Made by a program: the position numbers and the translations under genes. A stretch of DNA of 64,000 nucleotides from Eubacterium sp. Its GTDB lineage: Bacteria; Bacillota; Clostridia; Lachnospirales; Lachnospiraceae. Each line of letters starts with the position of its first letter. The first letter of the stretch is position 1. The stretch covers positions 23,258 through 87,257 of the forward strand of contig JAFUBZ010000017.1 in assembly GCA_017459945.1 (NCBI GenBank). Direction: 5' to 3'. Positions 30,625 through 39,469 of this stretch are shown piece after piece. The notes below the pieces were generated by a model. The model was not told the origin of the DNA. It saw nothing but the letters and a program-made list of their open reading frames with translations, and searched no databases.

Positions 30625-30663
30625 TACAATTGTATTGACACTGGTATACCAATTCATTATATT
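30625..30663 (+). promoter_or_regulatory. sigmaA promoter overlapped by NiaR-like operator
   Basis: TTGACA(30635)-17bp-TATATT(30658); palindrome TAC-aat-TGT-attg-ACA-ctg-GTA at 30625-30646 covers the -35. Confidence 0.7.
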
Positions 30664-30761
30664 TATGAAGAGCCAGATAACATGAGGCTTTTCAAAATGT
30701 CAGATTCGGGCGGATATGGTTGTTCGGATCGACGATTTCTTAATGACAGAGGAGATGGGAT

Positions 30762-31823
30762 ATGTCAGCAGTAAAAGAGTATTGCACAAAAAAAGGAGTT
30801 ACCTTATCAGCCAAAGCTTATTTTGTAGACGCGCTTGGCGCAATGGCGCAAGGTTTGTTCGCGTCGCTTCTGATCGGTACGATCTTAAGTACGATCGGAA
30901 CACAGGCAGGCATCGAATGGCTGGTTACGATTGGGAACTTTGCTTCTGCAGTCAAAGGACCGGCGATGGCGATCGCAATCGGTTATGCATTGAAGGCGCC
31001 GACGCTGGTATTGTTTTCACTGGCAGCAGTCGGATATGCGGCGGATACGAGTGGCGGAGCAGGTGGCCCGCTGGCGGTTTTCGTTATTGCAGTGATTGCC
31101 TGTGAGATCGGTAAGCTGGTCAGCAAGCAGACAAAGGTAGATATTATTGTGACACCCGGTGTTACGATCATAGCCGGTGGATTGCTGTCACTTGGAATCG
31201 CGCCCTATATCGGCGCAGCGGCGCAGGCAGCAGGAAACGGTATCATGTGGGCGACAGAGCTTCGGCCGTTCCTGATGGGAATCATCGTAGCGGTAGCAGT
31301 CGGTATCGCTCTGACATTGCCGATCAGCTCGGCAGCGATCTGTGCAGCGATCGGTCTGACAGGCCTTGCAGGCGGTGCGGCTCTGGCAGGATGCTGTGCA
31401 AACATGATCGGCTTTGCGATTGTCAGCTTTAAAGCAAACGGTGTTGGCGGATTGCTCGCACAGGGCATCGGGACAAGTATGCTGCAAATGGGTAATATCG
31501 TTAAGAAGCCATCGATCTGGCTTCCGGCGATCATCACATCAGCGATCACAGGACCGCTTGCAACCTGTGTATTCCATCTCGAGATGAACGGCGCAGCAGT
31601 TTCCTCCGGTATGGGAACCTGCGGTCTGGTCGGACAGATTGGAGTATTTACCGGATGGATGAATGACATCGCAGCAGGCACGAAGGCAGCGATCACGGGC
31701 ATGGATTGGCTGGGACTGATCCTGATTTCCTTCATCCTGCCGGCAGTGATCAGCGGGATCCTTGGAAAGGCATTCAAGGCCGGTGGCGTCTTTACGGATG
31801 AAGATCTGAAGCTGGATCTGTAA
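30762..31823 (+). CDS. Stand-alone PTS EIIC-like membrane transporter
   Basis: ALGAMAQGLFASLLIG, VSKQTKVDII, LPISSAA, GIGTSMLQ, SGMGTCGLVG; no EIIA/EIIB nearby. Confidence 0.8.
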   Translation: MSAVKEYCTKKGVTLSAKAYFVDALGAMAQGLFASLLIGTILSTIGTQAGIEWLVTIGNFASAVKGPAMAIAIGYALKAPTLVLFSLAAVGYAADTSGGAGGPLAVFVIAVIACEIGKLVSKQTKVDIIVTPGVTIIAGGLLSLGIAPYIGAAAQAAGNGIMWATELRPFLMGIIVAVAVGIALTLPISSAAICAAIGLTGLAGGAALAGCCANMIGFAIVSFKANGVGGLLAQGIGTSMLQMGNIVKKPSIWLPAIITSAITGPLATCVFHLEMNGAAVSSGMGTCGLVGQIGVFTGWMNDIAAGTKAAITGMDWLGLILISFILPAVISGILGKAFKAGGVFTDEDLKLDL

Positions 31824-31862
31824 CGGAAACAGATGAAATATATGTTACGCTGAACATACAAT

Positions 31863-31920
31863 AAAGCTGTACGTGACACATCAGATTGTATTTACAATCG
31901 ATGAATCATGTACAGCTTTT
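31863..31920. terminator. Bidirectional terminator hairpin
   Basis: aaagctgtac..gtacagctttt long stem between convergent genes. Confidence 0.7.
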
Positions 31921-31938
31921 CTTTGTGTTTCAGCTTAT

Positions 31939-32949
31939 TTAGTCGAAACTTTTCTTTCTTCGTTCAATCTCTTCAGCCGCAGCCTTCAGCTGATATACAG
32001 CATTGAGCAGAAAGGCTTCCCGCGGCTGTTCTTTTTGTCTTTGGCCGACGTAGTAAATCCTGGTATAGTCTTCCATGAGTTCCTCATCAGTCATTTTGCC
32101 CTGTCTTTCGGCCAGGAACCGTACGATCGATTCCATATCTTCTTTTACAAGTTCCCAATAGGTATCGTTAAAATCTGCCGGGATCAGTCCGCAGTGTGGG
32201 ATGACCAGGCGGTCTGCACCATAAGCTTTGCATTTCCGGATGCTTTCATATCCTTCGTAATAATGTTTCAAAATCGCGGACTGTGCCGTGTTTTGCGGGC
32301 TGAGCGTGCCGGTGCTCTCGGATAGGAAAAGGATCCGCTGCGGCTCGAGTGCATAGCTTAAACTGCAGTTTGTGTGTCCCGGTGTTTCCAGAACGAGAAT
32401 GGATTCATCGCCCAGGCTGACGCGGTCACCTTCGGAAAGCACCTGATCGACCTGCATATATTCAAATTCAATCGTGATTTCTTCTGCGCTCACATAGTCG
32501 CGTCCGGCCGCATTGCTCATTTCCTGCATGGTTTTGATCGCGCCGGGGCGGCTGAAAACTTTTTTGGCATAGGCACTGGCGCATGTGATCGCGGTGGGCC
32601 ATTCTTTTTTGACGGCAGCAAGCGCACCGATGTGATCATAGTGTGAATGCGTGCAGAAGATATAGTCCAGCGTATAAACGCGCCCGTCTTTCAGATAGCG
32701 ATTCAGGAAGACGGTGTGGATGTTGTAGATCAGATCTTTCTGAAAGCATGCCATCCCACAATCGATGAGGGCTGTCTTTTCACTTCCAAAAATAAGAAGC
32801 GCCTCTCCGCCGGCACCGGCCGTCACACGTACGATATTATCCGGGAAACCGAAACGCTCCTCATACAGTTCTTTCGAAATGGGTGGCTGATAGAGTCTTA
32901 ATTGTGGCATATGGGATGTCTCCTGAGTGATAGTTTTTTCTGTTGTCAT
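31939..32949 (-). CDS. Metallo-beta-lactamase-fold hydrolase
   Basis: LIDCG, THSHYDHIG, TPGHT, IPHCG. Confidence 0.85.
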   Translation of the reverse strand: MTTEKTITQETSHMPQLRLYQPPISKELYEERFGFPDNIVRVTAGAGGEALLIFGSEKTALIDCGMACFQKDLIYNIHTVFLNRYLKDGRVYTLDYIFCTHSHYDHIGALAAVKKEWPTAITCASAYAKKVFSRPGAIKTMQEMSNAAGRDYVSAEEITIEFEYMQVDQVLSEGDRVSLGDESILVLETPGHTNCSLSYALEPQRILFLSESTGTLSPQNTAQSAILKHYYEGYESIRKCKAYGADRLVIPHCGLIPADFNDTYWELVKEDMESIVRFLAERQGKMTDEELMEDYTRIYYVGQRQKEQPREAFLLNAVYQLKAAAEEIERRKKSFD

Positions 32950-33191
32950 GATTGAAAACAGTATACCACGAAGCTGACGTTATGGGATACCAAATGTTGC
33001 CGCTTATGCGTTTCAAGACAAACGACAAACAGAATGCCATACGGTTACCGTTTGGATACTATGATGCGGGGTTTGCATAATATTGGGATACTTTTAAAAT
33101 CATCTGCTTTTTCTGATTTTGTTACCATTTTCTTGAAAGGAATCACATAGACGTGATCCACAGGGAGCAGAATTACAAGGGGGAGAAAACG

Positions 33192-34301
33192 ATGAAAAAG
33201 AGGTTAGCAGGTAAAATCACGGCGTTAATAAGCATAGCAGTACTGGCAGTGATGATGACAGCATGTGGAAAAAGTAATCCGGGAAGTGCTACATCGGCTG
33301 GAGGAGAAAGCACGGCAGATTCGGATATCAGTGTCGGAATCGTTCTGAAAACAGCCACGAATGCACATTTTCAGGATATCGCATATGGCGCGATGCTGGC
33401 AGGACAGGATCTGGGAATTACGGTAAGGGTTGATAATACGACAACGGAAACAGATATAGAAGGACAGGTTACCAAGATTGAAAACATGATCTCGGCAGGC
33501 GTTGATGCGGTTATCCTGACAGCCAATGATTCTAACGGCGTCAGTGGTGCCGTCAATGCCGCGCACGATGCAGGCATTCCGTTTGTGACGGCAGACACGG
33601 AAATAACCAATGTCTGGGGTGATGACGTCAAAGAATATATGCCAAATTTTGTCGGAGAGGACTATGAAGAGCTTGCATACGAACTTGCTTTTGACGTTTG
33701 CGAACATATGGGTGGAAAAGGAAACATGGTCGTTCTTCGCGGAATCGATGGTGCAAGTTCTTCCCAGCAGCGGACAGCAGGGATCAAACGCGCAATCGCA
33801 GAACATCCGGATATGACGATCGTAGAAGAACAGAGTGCAAACTATGACCAGGATACAGCGGTGGATACCATGGCAGATATTATTCAGGCCCATCCGCAGA
33901 TCGATGGGGTCATCTGCTGCAATGACCTTATGGCTATGGGAGCAGTCACAGCATTGGAAGAAAGCGGTCTGACTGTTGGAGGAGAAGATGGAGTCGTTGT
34001 ATCCGGACTTGACGGAAACATCATCGCGCTGCAGTCGATCCAGGAGGGAAAGATGTACTCCACGATCTATGACTGGTCCATGCTGCAGGGCTATTATTCC
34101 GTGGTACAGGCATATCAGCTGATCCAGGGGGAGGAAGTACCGGAAGAGACGTTGACGAAAGGCTCAATCATCACAGCAGCGAATGTAGATGATTTCCTTC
34201 CGCATGGTGAGGTGATCGCAGACTGGCAGATGGGCAAACCGATCGGTGATGTGCCGGAGAGCATCCGGACTTTCTTCGAGCTGGGTGAGTCGCTTAAGTA
34301 A
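33192..34301 (+). CDS. Sugar ABC substrate-binding lipoprotein (RbsB-like), orphan
   Basis: Lipobox MTAC; AGVDAVIL, QRTAG, NDLMAMGA, SGLDG. Confidence 0.85.
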   Translation: MKKRLAGKITALISIAVLAVMMTACGKSNPGSATSAGGESTADSDISVGIVLKTATNAHFQDIAYGAMLAGQDLGITVRVDNTTTETDIEGQVTKIENMISAGVDAVILTANDSNGVSGAVNAAHDAGIPFVTADTEITNVWGDDVKEYMPNFVGEDYEELAYELAFDVCEHMGGKGNMVVLRGIDGASSSQQRTAGIKRAIAEHPDMTIVEEQSANYDQDTAVDTMADIIQAHPQIDGVICCNDLMAMGAVTALEESGLTVGGEDGVVVSGLDGNIIALQSIQEGKMYSTIYDWSMLQGYYSVVQAYQLIQGEEVPEETLTKGSIITAANVDDFLPHGEVIADWQMGKPIGDVPESIRTFFELGESLK

Positions 34302-34334
34302 TTGAAATAGAAAACAGAATAGAATAACCGGTTC

Positions 34335-34370
34335 GAACCGCCTGTGGCAGAAATGCTGTGGGCGGTTTTG
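34335..34370 (+). terminator. Intrinsic terminator
   Basis: aaccgcctgtggca-gaaa-tgctgtgggcggtttt. Confidence 0.6.
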
Positions 34371-34422
34371 TGATAGATAAAACCCTGTTTGCAGAAATTT
34401 GCACAATTCTTTTTCAGTCCCC

Positions 34423-34509
34423 TTGACAGTGCAACAGCTGCATGTTATATTTACTACGACAGACGTACTACGATAGACGATACAACGCCAGGCGTTATAT
34501 CGACAGACG
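34423..34509 (+). promoter_or_regulatory. sigmaA promoter followed by four tandem 14-15 bp operator-like repeats
   Basis: TTGACA-17bp-TATATT then tactacgacagacg/tactacgatagacg/atacaacgccaggcg/ttatatcgacagacg. Confidence 0.7.
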
Positions 34510-34565
34510 AAGTAAAGACATATGAGAGAAACCTGCTACAAAGCAAGTCAGAGAGAGGAGGCATC

Positions 34566-34907
34566 ATGGTTAGTATCAGCAGTGATGTGATCCGCGGGTA
34601 CAATGACACAATCATTCTATATCTCCTTCTGGACGGGCCTTCTTACGGATACGAGATATCAAAAAAGATCAAGGACCTGTCCGATGAGAAGTACATCATC
34701 AAGCAGACGACATTATACTCGGCGTTCACACGGATGGAAAAAAACGGGTACATCGAGTCATACTCAGTAGACGCGGAAAGCGGAAAAAGAAGGACTTACT
34801 ACCGCGTTACAGAAAGCGGACTCGATTACTACAGGGAAAAATGCAGTGAATGGAATCTGACAAAGGAAGTGATCGAGCGTTTCATCCGAAAGGAGGATGG
34901 CAAATGA
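34566..34907 (+). CDS. PadR-family transcriptional regulator
   Basis: SYGYEI, TLYSAFTRMEKNGYI, RRTYYRVTESG; ggagg RBS before ATG 34566. Confidence 0.88.
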   Translation: MVSISSDVIRGYNDTIILYLLLDGPSYGYEISKKIKDLSDEKYIIKQTTLYSAFTRMEKNGYIESYSVDAESGKRRTYYRVTESGLDYYREKCSEWNLTKEVIERFIRKEDGK

Positions 34908-34980
34908 TCATCGCAGTGATTGCACTCACAATAGGGAAATTGATACAGAAAATGACGCTTACAATAGAAACAGGAGGAAG

Positions 34981-36024
34981 ATGATGGAAGCGATTAAAAC
35001 ATATCTGGAAACCATGTTTGCCCACCTTCCGAGAACACCTGAGGTGACCAGGGCAAAGACAGAACTTGGGCAGATGATGGAAGATAAATATAACGAACTG
35101 ATCGAAGAAGGCAAATCAGAAAATGAGGCCGTCGGGATCGTGATTTCTGAATTCGGGAATCTGGAAGAGATCGCAGAGGAACTCGGGATCCGCTCATTTG
35201 TCGATCAGGAACCGGCAGAGGAAGCACAGCGTGTCGTTTCATTTGAAGAAGTCGATGGCTATATCAAAGGCAGAACACGCCTTTCTTACATGGGAGCATT
35301 CGGGATCTTTTTCCTGATCGTTTCAGCCGTGCCGCTCATCATTTTAACCGGGATTCCGGTTTCGGCAGGCGGCGGACTTTCCAAATTTTTTGCAGTGATC
35401 GGATTGGTCCTTTTGTTCCTGCTGCTGGCAGGCGGCCTGGGAATGCTGATCTTCTCCGGATTGCAGGAGCGGGAGTATTCCTACATGTGGAAAGAAAATT
35501 GCCGGTTAGACTACAGCGCACAGGAATATGTTAAGATGCAGTATGCAGACTACCGCACCACACATACGATCCTGATCATCGTTGGGATCGTGCTGTGCAT
35601 CTTAAGTGCACTGCCCGCCGCAATCCTTTCATTTTTACATGTTACAAACGGATTTTTCGGGGACATCGCAGGAGCTGTCTGTCTGTTCCTGGTAGGCGCA
35701 GCAGTATTCCTGTTTGTTCTCGCAGGACGTCAGAGGGGCGGACTTGGCCGTCTGTTAAGAATCCAGTACAGAGCCAAGCAGGAGCAGCAGGACGGATTGG
35801 AAGATACACAGAAAAATCAGGGAGGACCGGAAGACGTGATCATATATGAAAATGAATACCTTTCAAAATTCATGCCGGTATACTGGCCGACGATCACCTG
35901 TCTCTATCTGGTCGTCAGCTTCTTGACATTCCGCTGGGGAACCACATGGATCATCTGGCCGATTGCAGGAATTGTCCACGCATTTATCAGCAAAACATTT
36001 GGCAAGCATGTTTTTGAAGCATAA
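34981..36024 (+). CDS. Membrane protein with permease-prefix (HAAS-like) N-terminal domain
   Basis: EDKYNELIEEGKSENEAVGIVISEFG, TM helices, TWIIWPIAG. Confidence 0.75.
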   Translation: MMEAIKTYLETMFAHLPRTPEVTRAKTELGQMMEDKYNELIEEGKSENEAVGIVISEFGNLEEIAEELGIRSFVDQEPAEEAQRVVSFEEVDGYIKGRTRLSYMGAFGIFFLIVSAVPLIILTGIPVSAGGGLSKFFAVIGLVLLFLLLAGGLGMLIFSGLQEREYSYMWKENCRLDYSAQEYVKMQYADYRTTHTILIIVGIVLCILSALPAAILSFLHVTNGFFGDIAGAVCLFLVGAAVFLFVLAGRQRGGLGRLLRIQYRAKQEQQDGLEDTQKNQGGPEDVIIYENEYLSKFMPVYWPTITCLYLVVSFLTFRWGTTWIIWPIAGIVHAFISKTFGKHVFEA

Positions 36025-36039
36025 ACAGGAGGATTTGTC

Positions 36040-37134
36040 ATGAATAGGAAAAGATATTTATGGATGATCGCCCTGATCACAGTAGCATGCATCATAGGCG
36101 GAAGCATCTGGCACGGACACAGGGGGCCAAGACACCATTGGATCGAACAGGAGATCCGCGAAGAATTAAGAGACGAATTAGAGGATGATCAGGAAGACGC
36201 GTTTGAGGACGCAGAGGATACAGACGATATCGACGTAGACGATACCTTCGAGGCGGAGGAGGCAGATTTTGCTGACCGGGAAGAGGCGGATGACGACGAT
36301 GCCGAAGATCGTGATGAAGGCGGCAAAGTTGCTGAAATCGACGAGAGCAAATATGAAATGATTCCGCTCGAGGGCACGCAAAAAGACGGTGCGTTCATTC
36401 CGTTTGAGAACATCGACATCGTGACGGGCGCGTTTGATATCAACATCAAGACCGGACAGGATTACAGCGTTACCTATTATCTGAGTGATGATATATTCCA
36501 GCCTGTTGGAGAGATCAAAGACGGCACACTGTATATCACGCAGAAAGAGTTTTCAATAGATACATTAGAAGACTTTATCAAAAAACATTTTAACGTTTCG
36601 GTAAAAGCAAAGATGGTCATTACGGTTCCGGAGGGGACAGAGATTGGAACGCTTTCATTTAAAAACGGAGCCGGAGATACACTTGTTAAAGACCTTACAA
36701 TTGACACTTTGACAGGACATGCTTCTGCCGGAGACTTTGACTTAGAAAACGCCACCGTCAATACGCTCGATGCGAAGGACTCCGCCGGTGATATCGATGT
36801 AAACAACTCCTCAATCGGCAGCGCCATGATTGATTGTTCGGCAGGTGATATTGAGCTGGAAGATACTTTGATCAAAAAGGTTGAGTTTGATAATAGTGCG
36901 GGAAATGTGGAGCTTGAAAAATGTCAGGTGCAGGACCTGTATGCAAAAGTAAGCGCCGGTGATTTCGAGATGACAGGGACCGAAAATTTGGCCGAATACA
37001 ACGTCGACCTGAAAGCAAGCGCCGGAGACATCCGGTTCGGAAATAACAAGCTGGAAGATTCTTTTCAGCAATCCGGAAAAGACGGACTGAAGATCGTAGT
37101 CAGATCAAGCGCGGGTGACATCACTATCCAGTAA
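36040..37134 (+). CDS. DUF4097 beta-strand repeat protein
   Basis: N-terminal TM anchor, acidic linker, repeated SAGD motifs; typical PadR operon member. Confidence 0.78.
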   Translation: MNRKRYLWMIALITVACIIGGSIWHGHRGPRHHWIEQEIREELRDELEDDQEDAFEDAEDTDDIDVDDTFEAEEADFADREEADDDDAEDRDEGGKVAEIDESKYEMIPLEGTQKDGAFIPFENIDIVTGAFDINIKTGQDYSVTYYLSDDIFQPVGEIKDGTLYITQKEFSIDTLEDFIKKHFNVSVKAKMVITVPEGTEIGTLSFKNGAGDTLVKDLTIDTLTGHASAGDFDLENATVNTLDAKDSAGDIDVNNSSIGSAMIDCSAGDIELEDTLIKKVEFDNSAGNVELEKCQVQDLYAKVSAGDFEMTGTENLAEYNVDLKASAGDIRFGNNKLEDSFQQSGKDGLKIVVRSSAGDITIQ

Positions 37135-37145
37135 AAGGTGACAGG

Positions 37146-37172
37146 GGAGACAGGGGATGGTTCTCTGTCTCC
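37146..37172. repeat. REP-like palindromic element, family A (copy 2, inverted)
   Basis: ggagacaggggatggttctctgtctcc. Confidence 0.75.
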
Positions 37173-37198
37173 TTTGCGATCAAAGAGGAGAATGAATC

Positions 37199-38149
37199 AT
37201 GAAAAAGGTATTGAAAATAATAGGGAAGGTAATTCTCGTCCTATTGTTAGTACTGGCGGTATTTCTTATCATCATGACGATCTATAATCAGATCATGCTC
37301 AGAAAAAACCAGGAGCTGTACAATACTCCACTGGGACAGCTTGTTGAGGTGGACGGTCACAATATGAGTGTCTACACTGAAGGAGAAGGCGAACACACGA
37401 TCGTTTTCCTGTCGGGGTGGGGGACATCTTCTCCGATCCTGGATTTCAAGGCACTGTATTCAAGGCTGAGTGATGAAAACAGGATAGTCGTTGTTGAAAG
37501 ATTCGGCTATGGGTTCAGTGATGTAGTAGAAGGGGATCGTGATATGGACACCATACTGCGTCAAGACAGGGAAGCCCTCGAAAATGCAGGTATTGAAGCA
37601 CCGTATGTCTTGTGTGCGCATTCGATGTCGGGGTACGAGGCGACACTGTGGGCACAAAAATACCCCGATGAAGTAGAAGCGATCGTCGGTCTGGATATGT
37701 GCACGCCTAACTGCGAGGATGAAGAAACGGCTCAAAAAGAAGAAAAACTATTAAAGCTTGCCATTGGAATAAACAAGTTTGAAAAGGTAACTGGCTTATT
37801 GCGTATCGGAAGCCTGGATCAATCAGGTACACTTACGAAAGAGGAAGATAAATTATTCACTGAGATCTGCTGCAGAAAGCTCCTCAACGAATCGGTTATA
37901 ACAGAAGGCGATGTAAAGAATACGATTGCCGTGAACCGGGAGTTGAACGCGGCGCCGTTGCCAAGCGTACCAATGCTTCTGTATATTTCGCCTGACAGTA
38001 CGGAATTTGATGAGAACTGGGAAAAGGGTTCACAGGCAATGACGGATGCTTCCGAAAACGGCATACTTACAGAATTAGACTGCGGACACTATGTACACGA
38101 CTTCGAGTACGAGAGAATAGCCAAAGAAATGAAAGAATTTCTGAAATAG
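37199..38149 (+). CDS. Membrane-anchored alpha/beta hydrolase
   Basis: AHSMSG nucleophile elbow, RFGYGFS, CGHYVH; N-terminal TM. Confidence 0.85.
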   Translation: MKKVLKIIGKVILVLLLVLAVFLIIMTIYNQIMLRKNQELYNTPLGQLVEVDGHNMSVYTEGEGEHTIVFLSGWGTSSPILDFKALYSRLSDENRIVVVERFGYGFSDVVEGDRDMDTILRQDREALENAGIEAPYVLCAHSMSGYEATLWAQKYPDEVEAIVGLDMCTPNCEDEETAQKEEKLLKLAIGINKFEKVTGLLRIGSLDQSGTLTKEEDKLFTEICCRKLLNESVITEGDVKNTIAVNRELNAAPLPSVPMLLYISPDSTEFDENWEKGSQAMTDASENGILTELDCGHYVHDFEYERIAKEMKEFLK

Positions 38150-38171
38150 AAGACAGAGGTCTCCTCGAAAA

Positions 38172-38198
38172 AGGGCTGTCGCTTTTTGCGGCAGCCTT
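38172..38198 (+). terminator. Hairpin/terminator, near-identical to the hairpin at 22382
   Basis: agggctgtcgc-tttt-tgcggcagcctt. Confidence 0.55.
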
Positions 38199-38202
38199 GT
38201 CT

Positions 38203-38260
38203 AGTGCCAGGCACTTTCGCACGGCAGTGTGCGAAGGTGCCTGACACCTTCACATATTAA
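38203..38260. repeat. REP-like cluster, family B (2 units)
   Basis: agtgccaggcactttcgcac..gtgcgaaggtgcctgacaccttcacatattaa. Confidence 0.7.
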
Positions 38261-38269
38261 AGTGTTAAA

Positions 38270-39172
38270 CTATTCGTGCGCTTTTTTCCTGCCGGGCGCA
38301 AGGAGGAGCGAGAGTGCGATGACGGTAAGAATCAGTCCGCCAAGGGAGAGGACTGACGGGATCTCGGCAAAGAAGAGTGCGCCGTATAGTGTGGCTGCCG
38401 TCGGTTCGCCGGCAGCACACAGGATCGTGCAGATCCCGGCTTCTGCCTTGGCAAGAGCCGTATTGATACAAATATACGGAATGACTGCGGCCAGAAGAGA
38501 ATGGACGATCAGGATTCCGATGTGTGACAGCGGAGCGGCCTGCACGTAATGTCCGATCGCGCCCCAGTTGGAAAACGGTGCCAGCAGGATCGTTGCAAAC
38601 AGCATGCAGTAAAAAACGAGTGTAAAGGATTTGTATCCATGTTCACTCGAAAGACGTGAGAAAACGACCTGAACCGCATACAGGATGCCGGAAAGCACAC
38701 CGATCATGACATGGACCGGGCGGTAGCCCATCGCGCCTGACGATTCCAGAAAGCCGCTTACCAGGACACAGCCGAATACAGCCAGAAGCATGCAGATGAT
38801 CTTCTTGGCGGTAATCTTCTCTTTAAATAAGAAGTAAGCAAGAAAAACAACATAAACAGGTGCCAGTGCCAGCAGGACTGCGGCAAAGGAAAGCGACATG
38901 TTAATAATGGATACGTTATAGCAGATGTTAAGGCCGGTCGTAGCGATACAGCTGTAGACCAGGAAGATCCAGATATCCTTGAGCCGGAACTTGAAAAGAG
39001 ACCGGTTTTTGATCATAAAGGCAATGAACAGTATGATCGTGGCAATAAAAACGCGGGCAAAGAAGATCGTGACATTGTCAAGTCCGCCGGCAGTCAGGAT
39101 CCGTACAAATGGACCTGTGCTTCCCCATAATAAACCGGCAGCAAGTGCCAGAAAAAGAGCAATTCGTTTCAT
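38270..39172 (-). CDS. EamA/DMT family transporter
   Basis: LLWGS, LFKEKIT, GEP, about 10 TM in two repeats. Confidence 0.88.
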   Translation of the reverse strand: MKRIALFLALAAGLLWGSTGPFVRILTAGGLDNVTIFFARVFIATIILFIAFMIKNRSLFKFRLKDIWIFLVYSCIATTGLNICYNVSIINMSLSFAAVLLALAPVYVVFLAYFLFKEKITAKKIICMLLAVFGCVLVSGFLESSGAMGYRPVHVMIGVLSGILYAVQVVFSRLSSEHGYKSFTLVFYCMLFATILLAPFSNWGAIGHYVQAAPLSHIGILIVHSLLAAVIPYICINTALAKAEAGICTILCAAGEPTAATLYGALFFAEIPSVLSLGGLILTVIALSLLLAPGRKKAHE

Positions 39173-39333
39173 AATCTATTCCCCTTGATACAGATTGTTG
39201 TCATGAATAATGGTAGCGAAAGCCACAGTGATATGCAAGAACTTTTATCAGATGGCAGTATTCAATATGGACATTTCCCGCCAACTTTTTTTCATGAATA
39301 AGTGGAGGCATGTCCTTATGAACCGGCGTAAAT

Positions 39334-39415
39334 TTGACATATAGTGGAGGATATGCTATTATCATAGAACACTTTCGGTAACACTTTTGTAACAAATTTG
39401 AAACTTACAGGAAAC
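39334..39415 (+). promoter_or_regulatory. sigmaA promoter plus four 11-bp-period WalR/OmpR-like boxes
   Basis: TTGACA-17bp-TATTAT; ggtaac-N5-tgtaac-N5-tgaaac-N5-ggaaac at 39377-39415. Confidence 0.6.
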
Positions 39416-39469
39416 AAGTTAGGCTGAGACAGATTTTATAAAGTGGGTATTGTAAGAAAGGAATTCAAT

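Noticed and set aside
30538-31105. Short ORFs upstream of and overlapping the PTS-IIC-like gene
   Set aside because: They span the promoter/operator or are out-of-frame overlaps; no coding signature.
34452-34509. CRISPR-like repeat array
   Set aside because: Units are 14-15 bp, contiguous, without spacers and with no cas genes; better explained as operators.
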